The translations under genes and the position numbers were made by a program. A stretch of DNA of 64,000 bases from the human T2T-CHM13v2.0 reference genome, Homo sapiens. Position 1 is the first letter of the stretch; every line of letters starts with the position of its first letter. This document shows positions 22,769 to 34,900 of the stretch, one piece after another. The notes beneath the pieces were generated by a model that ran no database searches, was not told where the DNA came from, and saw only the letters and a program-made list of their open reading frames with translations. The DNA lies in assembly GCF_009914755.1 (NCBI RefSeq), contig NC_060926.1. One strand, 5' to 3'.

Positions 22769-24439
22769 TGCAATTATACAAGAGAATCTTTGAAAAAATT
22801 AATAAAGGTGCCTTTTGGCTTGGCTGGATACTAAAAGGACTTCAGAAAATATTAATTTAGAATTCAAATTTGTGCCTATTTTCTATATTGGTTTGAGGAA
22901 TCTTGGGGCCAGTAATAAACATGTCAGCCATGCTATATTTTTCCTGAGAGGGACTGTCTGGTTCTAAGTGATAGTCGCGATAGTGCTGGGGATTCTGACA
23001 TCCTCGGTTTGTACAGGAATTAAAATAATTTTGTCTGTGTTGGTAATGTATTTCCCTAAATCTTTATGAAAACATGGAGGAAAAGTTCTCATTATAGGCT
23101 TCGTATAAGGAGATTATAATCAAGATGACCTTTCCCCTGTCTTTTACATCCTATGCCTTGGGTGCCACCATGAGGGAAAAATAATCCTTATTCTTCTGAC
23201 ACCATTTCTGTTTTTACTGGAATTCTGTCATAATATTCATCATTTATGGCAGTGGGTCTTAAATGCTTTTGTTATGTGGACAAAATTTTATGAAATTTCT
23301 ATGCACTTTCTCCCTGAAATTCATATATATTCTCCATTTCTACATAATTCTAAGTAGTTGATGGATCTCCTGGTAAATATTAAGATAATTAATGCAGTTT
23401 TATTAGTGATAATTTTATTGGCAATTTCATTAAGAGCAAATTATATTTCAAATTTCTAATAGTTATGGCAATCTTTTTTCCCACCTGAACACTTTTGAGT
23501 CTTATTTTAAGAGTGAGTGAAAAAGAAGAAAAAATAAAAAGTCAGGATATTTGTTAAAACAAAACAAAACAACAGATACATACAAACTGAAGCAAACCAC
23601 AAAAATATTATGTATGAGAATTCAGATTTTATTGAGAAGTATACTTCTGTAGTTTGTGCATTAAAATTCCTAATTACTTGTATTATTATCTAAAAATGAG
23701 CCTGAAGTCATCTTTCATATTTTTACATGGATGGCAGAAAATTTACCTGATAAATAATTTTTGAATGTCCTGAGATATATACTATGTAATAAATGTTGTA
23801 TTTGGATTTGTGCTTCTTTTATCACATACTATTTTATTTATAGTATTTAATTTAGAGGAAAAACTATTAAATCACTTTTTTCCTCATAGAAAATTTCTCT
23901 AGTGGTTTTTCCTCATTAAATAAAGCAAGGTGCTGAAAACCAATTTTATGGTCAGAAAAAGCCTATGTCTTCTCTTCTGAGATAAGTATATCACATTCCT
24001 AGTACAGATTACTTACTGAATTTATGATTCAATTGATACCTATTTCCTGTTTTATGAATTGTGGCAAATATAATGGAATATTGATTCAATTATCTTAATC
24101 TTCAGGATATTCTATGGGGGGGTCCTCTTGCTCTTTTTTTAGAAAAAATCAGATAAAGTATATAACACAAAATATGTGACTTTATAAATATGTAACATTA
24201 TTATGATTTATAATATGAAACTACTGATAATTTATAATTAGCTCTAATATTTAGCTCATCTAGAGTAAGCTTTGTAGGGATTTATTAATAACCTTATTAC
24301 TTGAAATATTTTTCTGTGCTCAAATTGTTTTTTTTAACTTTATTGATTGCCATACACAGGGATTAAAATTGTAATTATTTACAATCTGCAATTGATTCTC
24401 TGATGTTGCTTCTTATTTGACTGAGAAAATAGAAGTTCC

Positions 24440-26170
24440 ATCACTCCCACCTCCCTCTTTACCACCCTGCTGCCTCTGGCCTCAGGTATTCTTCTCTTCT
24501 CCCTCAGACTCTAATGTTATCTGAAGCCAACTCTCATCTTGTCTGCTTGATACCAGCCCCTCTCACAGACTTAAGGATACTGCTTTTGTAATCGTCCCGC
24601 TTTTACCTCCATTGTCAGTTTTTTCCCTCTTGGCTGAGTCATTCCCATAAGCATACAGATGCACAATATCTCACATTTTAAAAAAGGAAGAGAAGAACCG
24701 CCCTAGATTTCATATCTTCTTCTAAGTTCATCTTGATTCCCTGTGCTTTGCTTTAGAGCATATCTCCTTGAAAAAAGTTTGTTGCCACTTCCTCATTTCC
24801 TAGTCTCTCAGACGTACTCTCAGTTTGGCTTTTATCTGCATGACTCTATTGAAAACTTTTTTTTTTTAATAGTGACTTTCACAGTGCCAACTTCAGTAAT
24901 TGATTCTCAGTATTCTTTTCAGACTCCTGGCAGCATTCGTCACTGTTGTTCAGTTCTTCCTTTTTAGAACACTTTCTTCATTTGGCCCCTGGGCACAGCT
25001 CTCAGATTCTCCCACTATTTCACGGGCCTCTCTTGCTTCGTCTTTTTTGGTAGTGTTTTCTTTTCCCCTCAACCTGGAAGCAGTGTAGTGTTTATGGCTC
25101 ACTCCTAGGACCTCTTCATTTCTTTCTTTCTTTACTTTCATTTCCCACTGCCTAGCTGGTCTTTTTCAGTCTCATGACTTTAAATAGTATCTATAATGTT
25201 GATTACCAAATTTAAATTGCCAACCCTGACTTTTTTCCTGAACTCTGAACATGTATACTCAACGTTTGTCTTCACTTAAATGTCTGCTAGGCATATTACA
25301 TTTAACACGAATGGAAACAATCCCTTGATTACTCCAGCCACTCTGCTCCTCCTGCATTTGTCCCCACTTAGTAAATAAATGGCTATCTGTTGCTCAGCCA
25401 AAAACCCTGGAGTCGCACTTGCCTTCTCTCATTTACCAACACCTGACAGTTGATCCATCAGAGAGTCCTGCTGGCCCCACCTTGACAGCATTTCTAGAAG
25501 GTACTTCTCATAATCTCCACTGCTACCAACTTCTTTCAAGCCACCATGCTCTCTCTTTGACTACTGCAATAGCCTGCTAACTGGTCTCTCTGATTCTATG
25601 CTTGCTAGACTAATCCCTTTAAAACATAAATCTGGTCAGTGTCACTTATCTCAAAACCTTCCTATGGTTTACTTCTGATTCAGAGTAAAATTGCTTTCCT
25701 CACTGTGACTCCCTGCTGTTTTCCTGACTCATCTTTCACCATTCTCTCCTTGGTCACTTAGTTGGCTTCAGTTCCAGACACTCCAGGTACCCTGGCTGTT
25801 TGTTCTTTCTTGTAGTTGCCAAACACTTCCTTGGTTCAGGGCCATTGCATTTACTTTTCCATCTGCCCCAGCTGCTTCTCTCCCAGCTATCCACATAACA
25901 CAGTCCCTCATTTCCTTTAGATCTCTGTTCAGATATCACTTTGTCAGTCATGTTTGTCATTCATGCCCACCCTATGTAAAATAGCACAAGCACTCCCATC
26001 AGTGTTTCCACCTCATTCTTCCTATATCTTTCAGACAGCTTATTTAACTTCATAGAACTTATCACCCTCCCCACTAGAATGGAAACTCCATGAAATAGGG
26101 ACGTAGACATTTTTGTCAATTTTAATATTGTCTAGACCAGTGCCTGGAACATAGGAGATGTTCAGTTATT
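24440..26170 (+). mobile_element. Long L2 (L2a-like) fragment
   Basis: CT-rich L2 ORF2 and 3' motifs (ctcatgactttaaatagtatcta, gactactgcaatagcctgctaactggtctc, cagggccattgcatttac); tail cagtgcctggaacataggagatgttca. Confidence 0.75.
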
Positions 26171-26379
26171 ATATTTTATACACCATGATGGTATTGGTAC
26201 CTAGAAGTCATATTTTATTCTAAAATATATTATGACTGTTGGACATTTTAACTTATAAATGTAATACTGCAACTAATTACTATAACACTCCCTGAGACTT
26301 AACTTTTTGAATTGTACATAAATTAAGCCAATTTGGCAGAAAGAAATGATATAAACCCTTTTGTTTGATTTTATCCTAG

Positions 26380-26517
26380 GTATGAGTTAATACAGAAAGG
26401 AGTGACTGAACTTAGAACTGTTGGGAATGTTCCAGATGTCTACACCCAGATTATGCTTTTGGAAAATGAGAACAAAAATTTAAAGAAAGATTTGAAGCAC
26501 TACAAACAAGCAGCTGA
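26380..26517 (+). CDS. SPAG16: SPAG16 coding exon 5 (138 nt), (W)YELIQKGVTELRTVGNVPDVYTQIMLLENENKNLKKDLKHYKQAA(D)
   Basis: ttttatcctag|G acceptor; GA|gtatgt donor; phase 2-2. Confidence 0.95.
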
Positions 26518-26533
26518 GTATGTTATTTTTTAA
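26518..26533 (+). CDS. SPAG16: Alternative C-terminus of a short SPAG16 isoform by read-through of the exon 5 donor: (E)YVIF-stop
   Basis: GAG TAT GTT ATT TTT TAA (stop 26531-26533), followed by AATAAA at 26564 and 27114. Consistent with my recollection of a ~183-aa short SPAG16 isoform. Confidence 0.7.
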
Positions 26534-26934
26534 ATGACATTTTCTTCTTTTTCTTTTGGACTAAATAAAAGAGTTGAGTGAAGCTGATATATGTAATATA
26601 CCAGAGCCTTAATTTTTGAAAACTGAATTTTTCTAGTTGTAAAGAATGTGAGAGGCTTCATTAGCAAATTAATTAAACAGATGATCAGAACTATCACAAT
26701 TATAACTTACCAACAAGAAGGGAATGCAGGTAGTTGTTTAGGAGATGGTACATTTTTTATATAACATTCACTTCCTTGTGTATTTGATAGTCTTTTCATG
26801 GTTTATAACATTTTCTCCTGTAAAGATAGGCTAATTTCTGAAATAATAATTAAATTTATAGAAAGCCGAGAGGAAATTGCTAGTTTATTCCTGGTAGAGG
26901 AATTTCTGTATTTGAAAATTCTCCAGAAGGAATA

Positions 26935-27134
26935 ATATAAACTGTGGACTTTGGGTGATAATGATATGTAGGTTCGTCAGTTGTTAACAAATGTATCCCT
27001 CTGTTGGGGGCTATTGATAATGGGGAAGGCTGTGCATGTGTGGGAGTAGGAGGTGTATGGGACATCTCTGTACCTTCTAATCAATTTTGCTATGAACTTA
27101 AAACTGCTCTAAAAATAAAGTTTATTAAAAAAAA
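26935..27134 (+). mobile_element. L1MC1-like 3' terminal fragment
   Basis: aaactgtggactttgggtgataatgat...ggacatctctgtaccttc...aaaactgctctaaaaataaagtttatt plus A-tail. Confidence 0.8.
27114..27119 (+). terminator. Candidate intronic poly(A) signal AATAAA within an L1MC 3' end
   Basis: AATAAA ~580 nt downstream of the read-through stop, at the native 3' end of a sense L1MC fragment. Confidence 0.55.
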
Positions 27135-27822
27135 GTTAATTCTCTATACTGTTTTCCATACAGGTTGAACTAATTTACATTCCCACCAACCATGTATGAG
27201 TGTTCTCTTTTCTGCACGTTCTCACCAACATCTGTTATTTTTGACTTTTTAATAATAGCTGTTCTGACTGGTGTAAGATGATATCTCATTGTGGTTTTGA
27301 CTTCAGTCCAGCAGTTCCACTACTGGGTATCTACTCAGTTGTATAAAAATTCCACCCACACTCTTACGTTTATTGCAGTGCTATTGATGATAACAAAGTC
27401 ATGGAATCAACGTAAGTGTCCATCAGCAGATGATGGGATAAAAAATGTGACATTTATATACAATGGAATACTATTCAGCCATAAAAATGAATGAAATCAG
27501 GCCTTTTGCAGCAACATGGGTGGAACTCGAGGCCCTCACCCTTAGTGAAATGACTCAGAAACAGAAAGTCAAAAACCACATATTCTCACTTATAAGTAGG
27601 AGCTAAGCAATAAGTACATATGGACATATAGAATGGAATAATAGATACTGGAGACTTTAAAAGGTGGGAGAGTTGGAGGAAAGCAAGTATGGGTAAAATG
27701 TCCACTACTTGGGTGATTGGTACACCAGAAACCCAGACTTCATCACTATGCAATATATCCATGTAAAACAACTGCACTTTTACCCCTTAATCTATAAAAA
27801 TAAAAAATTTTAAAAAAGAAAA
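27135..27822 (+). mobile_element. L1PB4/L1MA1-like 3' fragment with 5' inversion
   Basis: 27135-27302 is antisense ORF2-end sequence; 27303-27822 is sense ORF2 end plus 3'UTR and tail. Confidence 0.8.
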
Positions 27823-29364
27823 TATAAACTATCCATAATTTCACCACCCAGGGCCAACCACTTACCATTTTGTTGAATAGCAGCCTTGACTTTCCTCAAT
27901 GCATTTATATTAATGCATATTTATGAGTAACTTTTAAATATAAACTGCACTAATACCATATTTTGTAAGTTCCTTTTTCATTCAAGAGTACATTATTAAT
28001 ATATTTTATGAAAATAAATTTTCTTCTAACTTAAAAGAAAATTACTGAAAGGAAACCTTTGTTTTGTAATTTCCTGGCATAAATTTATTCATAGAAGAGA
28101 AGCCAGATCTCTCCACACCTTTCTTTCTTTCTGCAATTAATGGAAGACATGCAATTCCTGGTGAACAATTTTAGATAAACAGCCAGTGTTATTCTGACAA
28201 GGAATGTGTGAATGCATTAACTTGGGGTGAATCTGCTTATCTGAGGCAATGTTATATGGAAAAATCAATGCTCAGATGTGAAGCAGAGTTCGTGTTTTAT
28301 TTATTAATTCATTTTTATTAAATATAGTTAAAGAGGGCCTTTCTCACTTAAAGAATCATATTAAAACCAAAATTAGATTAATGGAACTACCATATAGGAA
28401 CATAATATTGTTAAGATTTTTGATAAGTTTAAAGAAACATGCCTTTTCATTGAGAAGTAGAGAAAATATTTAAGCTCTTGTAAAAGATGGCAGTAAATAA
28501 TTTGTATGATATCATTTATTCAAGTATTATCTGTACTTGTAGAAATGTTTTTGCAAGGTATATAAATTTTGTATTGTCTATGGATGTAATGTACCATTTA
28601 GAATTTTATATTTTACATTAGAAGTGTATGATGATTCAGAAGAATATATTACTAGAACCAGTGTTCTCTCTATTCTTCATTCCATTTCTCAAAAGTGTTT
28701 TGTACTGTTTGCCCTGTTGCTCACTATGATTTTGTATATTCATCTAATGGATTCACTGGGAATTTGGTATAGCATATTTCTCACAGTGCTGCCTGGCACA
28801 CTGTTTCAGTTCCTGATCTCCTTTGAATTATTGCTTGAGTTTGCTAATTTTCTTTTAAATAGATCAAAGCAGCCTCTTTATGCCATAAGTTTAGCTCCAG
28901 TGACATTGAATAGTCATTGTCAAGTACTGGTTGTTTGTTGAATATTATGTTTAATAGCAATAATACGAAATAACATATTACTCATGCAGATTATTAACTT
29001 AATGTTAAAAGAAGCCAGGATTAAAATGTATCACTCAAATAAAACATCTTGTCTTACTAACATATCAGATTATAGTTTTAATTTTAACAGTTTATGGCTA
29101 TTTCTCAAATCTATCTCATTCAATAGAACTTAAAATCTAAAAAATTAGACAAGGAAAATTTGTGTTTGCTTTACTCTACTTGACATGGAAGATTTGAAAG
29201 GAAGCTGCTTGATCCTTAGTAGATGCTTAATCTTTATTTTGTTGAGTGGATATTAAGCATGGTGTGCTTTCACAGCACATTTTAGTAAAGTGCTTCCTTA
29301 TAGCCTGGTTCTACTGATACATTCTTAGAAAATGGAGAATGAAGTTTTGTTTCGTTTTGTCAGT

Positions 29365-30037
29365 AGTTTTTTATTGATACATCATAATTGTACATACATT
29401 TATATATGATAATTGTACATGTGATATTTTGATACATATGTATCAAATACATTTGTACATATGATAATTGTACATGTGTTATTTTGATTACATACATACA
29501 ATGTGTAGTAATCAAATCAGAGTATTTAGGGTATCCATCACCTCAAACATTTATGATTTTTTGTGTGTGTTGGGAACATTTCAAATCTAACTATTTTGAA
29601 ATAGATGATAAATTATTGTTAACTGTAGTCACGCTACTGTGATATTGAACACTAGAAGTTAACCCTTCTATCTAACTGTTTGTATCCATTAACCAATTTC
29701 TCTTCATCTCCCCTTTCCACCCAACGTTCCCCACATACTTCCCAGCCTCTGGTAATTATCATTCTCCCTGCTACCTCCATGAGATCAACTATTTTAGCTT
29801 CCACATGAGTAAGGACACGCAATATTTGTCTTTCTGTACCTGGCTTATTTCTCTTAACATAATCATCTCTAGTTTCATCTATGTTCCTGCAAATTATAGG
29901 ATTTCATTCTTTTTTTAAAAATGGCTTAATAACATTCCATTGTGTATATGTGCCACATTTGATTTATTTATTCTTCTGTTGATGGGTACTTAGGTTGATT
30001 CCACATTCTTGGCTATTGTGAATAGTGCTGCAATTAA
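29365..30037 (-). mobile_element. L1MA6/7-like 3' fragment
   Basis: tttttattgatacat...gtatccatcacctcaaacattt...ggctattgtgaatagtgctgcaat. Confidence 0.8.
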
Positions 30038-30429
30038 GTTTTGAAAAAAGTTTTCCGAACTACATCTGTCATGCTACCAGCCTGCCCCAAATGGTAGTGT
30101 TTAATCATCTAGGTTTTTCAATTTGACTTCTGAGGATAATTTTCAAATAGCAATTAGTAATAAACATGAGATTCCCTATATTGAACTTGAGCTAATGTTT
30201 GTATTTTTAGGATTAGGATATTTCTTAAGGCAAAATAAAACAGGCAAAATAGAATAGGATATTTCTTAAGGCAAAATAAAATAGATATCAAATACTTTTC
30301 TAATAATAATTTTTAATACACAAAAAAGTCAGGTTGTAGATATGTATTATTCTTGATTATACTAATAGCATTTAGTGATGTATCTAGGAAAATCAAATAA
30401 ATAATACAGCTATAAAATTAATATTTATC

Positions 30430-30662
30430 TGGGGGAAAGTTGCCATGGAAAGAGTATTGATCTTAAAGTTCAAATACCTGGCTTCTAATATTCTGTTACT
30501 TATTAACTCAGTTTATTGAATTACTCCCAGTTTTCTTATTAACCTGGGAATTATTTTGCATAGTGTTATTAATTTCTATGGAATAATGTGATAATTAAAT
30601 GAGTCAAGCTATGTTAAAGAGCTTTGTAAATCACAGAGTGCTTTGAAATGTCAGCTATTATC
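30430..30662 (+). mobile_element. MIR
   Basis: ggaaagagtattgatct...cctggcttcta...aattaaatgagtcaagctatgttaaagagctttgtaaa...aaatgtcagctattat. Confidence 0.6.
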
Positions 30663-31158
30663 AATAACTCTAAATGCTGTCATCTCTAAGTTTTTATTAA
30701 TCACATCATTAATATTTTTTAAATTCAGCAACGATGAAGTATGAAGAAGGAAATGAAAGGAGAAAATATTTCCCACTAAAATATCATTTGAATTGCCATA
30801 ATTAAAGCAGGGAATTGTCATTTTCTCTGTTGTCAACAGTGTCAATTTTAGACTATAGGTTTTCTCTGTACCTGCTATAAATATAGATTATCTGTCTTCC
30901 AAAATATAAAGTTGGGAAAATAACTGTTGAGAACATTTCTGTATAGATGTTTTTATGGAGAAAATGATCTTATTAAAAATTTATAGTTACATTGGAAGTA
31001 AAAGTATTTCCCATACTGGATATTGAAGAACAATATTTTTCTCAGAAAAGGAGAGCATACGTTTTCTATTGAAATGTAGACCAATTGTTATTTTAAATGC
31101 AAAAGTCTAAAGTTGCACTTAAAGCAGGTGACCACAGTTGCAGAGATTTGGTGGTTGA

Positions 31159-31276
31159 CACCAACATGGCACATGTATACATATGTAACTAACTTGCACT
31201 TTGTGCACATGTACCCTAAAACTTAAAGTATAATAAAAATAAATAAATAAATAAATAAAAAAAAGTAAAAAAAAAA
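31159..31276 (+). mobile_element. Very short L1PA 3' end with (TAAA)n/A tail
   Basis: caccaacatggcacatgtatacatatgtaactaacttgcac...cctaaaacttaaagtataataaa. Confidence 0.88.
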
Positions 31277-31495
31277 GATTATAAAACACCACTTAGAATT
31301 GTATCTTTCACAGTTTAGACACTATATTCATTCATAAACCTTGTTTTATTTGGTAGTTGTCATGCCAAAAGATTTACTTTGGTCTGAAGTTTATAAATAA
31401 CTATTATGAGTTTTATTAATTAAAACCTTTTTGCTTGATCTTCTTGCCTGTTTTCACTAGCATTTTATGTCTTCTTTCCATAGTGTAGACAATGC

Positions 31496-31522
31496 AAAAA
31501 AAAAAAAAAAAAAAAAAAAAAA
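31496..31522 (+). repeat. Pure A27 tract
   Basis: 27 consecutive A. Confidence 0.95.
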
Positions 31523-31799
31523 CTCGTTTGGGTGATTGATTCCTGAAAGCACCAGTGTACTTGAACTTTAACATCTTGCAGTCTGACTTTCATTTCACTT
31601 TTTCTCAGTTGGCCTTGGACACAAGAGAACTGTTTGACACCCAAATTTAGCAGTCTTTTTTTTCCATTTGTATATCCTGGTTTTTATTCCTATCTTCCCT
31701 TAGCATCTGTGACATCATACTGTTCTGCCCCTCCTTCTACCTTAGTGACAGGCTTCTTTTCCTTTTCTTAACTCCAAACAGTTGATACTCTTTAAGTAC

Positions 31800-32200
31800 A
31801 TTAGGATAACTATTGACTACATGTGAATATTGACAAATACAACATATATTAGGTAGTGGTAAGTGCTATGAAGAAAAATAACATGGGTAAAGGAGACAGA
31901 CGGGGTGCTGTTTTATGTAGGATTGGTAAGGGGTGGGGCAGGGAGCAGGGGAGCACATCAGAAACCTGAAGAGACTGAGGGAAAAAGCCAAGTATAAACT
32001 TGGGAAAATGGAATTCCAGGCAGAGGAAAAAGGAAGTATAAAGAGGATGTGGTGAAGACAGGTTGGCTTGTTAGAGGATTAGCAAGGAGGCTATAGTGGC
32101 TCTAACCAGTGGGTTAGTGGTAGAGGCCTTTGCTAGAAACTTGCTTTTTCCCCCAGGTGGCATGTGAAGCTAATAGTTTGAGCAGAAGCATGTGAACAGG
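31800..32200 (-). mobile_element. L2 fragment
   Basis: gtggtaagtgctatgaagaaaaataa...attccaggcagagg...agcaaggaggctatagtggct. Confidence 0.6.
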
Positions 32201-32208
32201 CTTCTGCA

Positions 32209-33310
<1,102 letters not shown>

Positions 33311-33439
33311 ACAGTATAGACTAATGAACCTCATAGACCTATAGGATAATCAACACTCTACTTTTGTCATTCTTATTTCACTTCTACTCTTACCCATTCC
33401 CTACTGTACCTCAAGTTATAATATATAATTTTTACAGTT

Positions 33440-34900
33440 ATTTTTTGTTATGCTTTATATACATTGAAGTATATGTCTTAGCTATATAATTTTGACAAAC
33501 GGATAAACTCTTAAACATCCACATTCATCTCAAGGTAGAACATTTTTATCTATCCAGAAGTTTTCCTCATGTCCCTTCTCAGTCATTCTCTGTCCCAGCA
33601 ATCACTTTTAAGAATTTTTTCACTTTAGATTAGTTTTGTTTGAGAATTTCATAAATGGAATCACAGTATATTATTGTGTTTGGCATCTTATACTCAGCAT
33701 AAAGTCTGTACAATGTATTATTTTTGCCTGTATCAGTAATTTGTTCCTCTTTATTGCTAAGTAGTATTCTGTTGTATAATGTATACTACAACTTTTTTAT
33801 CCTTTTTCCATTTAGTTATTTCCAACAGTTGGTTATTAAAGATAAAACTGCTGTGAACATTGAGGTACAAATATTTGGTGGGAATATGTTTTCATTTCTT
33901 ATAAAAACTTAGTGGAATTTCTGGATCAAGGGGATAGATGGATGTTTAACTCTGTATGAACTGCTCGTACATATTCCCACATTCAAGTTGGTCCATTTTG
34001 CTTTCTCAGTAGGAATACATGCGAATTCCAGTTGCTCCAAACAGCTACTAACATTGAGTGTTGTTAGTCTTTTCAGTTGTAGCCATTTTAACTGTTGTGT
34101 TGTGGCATCTTGTATTTTTGATATGCATTTTCTGTATACAAATGATATTAAACATAATTTTTTTTGCTTTTTGACCATTCTAAAAAGCATTCTACAAAGC
34201 ATTTATCCTGCTTTCTGTATGTTTATGTTTTTTGCTTGCTGATCTTATAATTGAATTGTAAGAGTTGTTTGTATATTCTGGATATAAGTGCTTTGTTAGA
34301 ATATTGTGAATATTTTCTCCCAGTCTGTGGCTTGTGTCTTTAATTTATGAATGGTGTCTTTGTTGAGCAGACACTATAAATTTTAATGAAGCATATCTTA
34401 TCTTTTTTATGGTATTTATTTTGACATTTTGTTGAATATATCATTTTCTACTATAGGTCACAGAGATATTCTGTGTTTTCTTCTAAAACGCTTAAAATAT
34501 AGATTTTTATTTCAACATAGGATCTGTTCTTAAGTTTTGTGCATTGTGTGAGGTAGAAGCTAGAAGTTAATTTTCTTTACTATAGGAATACATAATTGTT
34601 CTGGCACCATTTCTTGAGAAAATTATCTTTAAGTCTCATTTAATTTCTTTGGCACTTTTATTGAAAATCAGTTGACCCTTTAGAATAAGTTTGCCAATTT
34701 CCACAGACACGGGTGATGTAGGTGTGACATAGGATGGGGATTAAGTTGAAAATATAACTTGATTTTGGAAAAATATGTGTGTGTGTGTGTGTGTGTGCAT
34801 ATCTATTTTTTGAGGGGGGAAGGATTGATACTGTCACAAGTTTTAGTCCTATTTACATAGCATATCTCTCCATTTAAGTTATATTTAATTTAATACTTTA
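33440..34900 (-). mobile_element. Ancient L1 (L1MC/ME-type) fragment, containing (TG)n at 34776-34797
   Basis: ccagaagttttcctcatgtcccttctcagtca...aaactgctgtgaacatt...gtatattctggatataagt...tattttctcccagtctgtggcttg. Confidence 0.7.

Noticed and set aside
30214-30281. Repeat-spacer-repeat as a CRISPR-like array
   Set aside because: Only two units, the spacer derives from the repeat, the context is a mammalian intron, and there are no cas genes.
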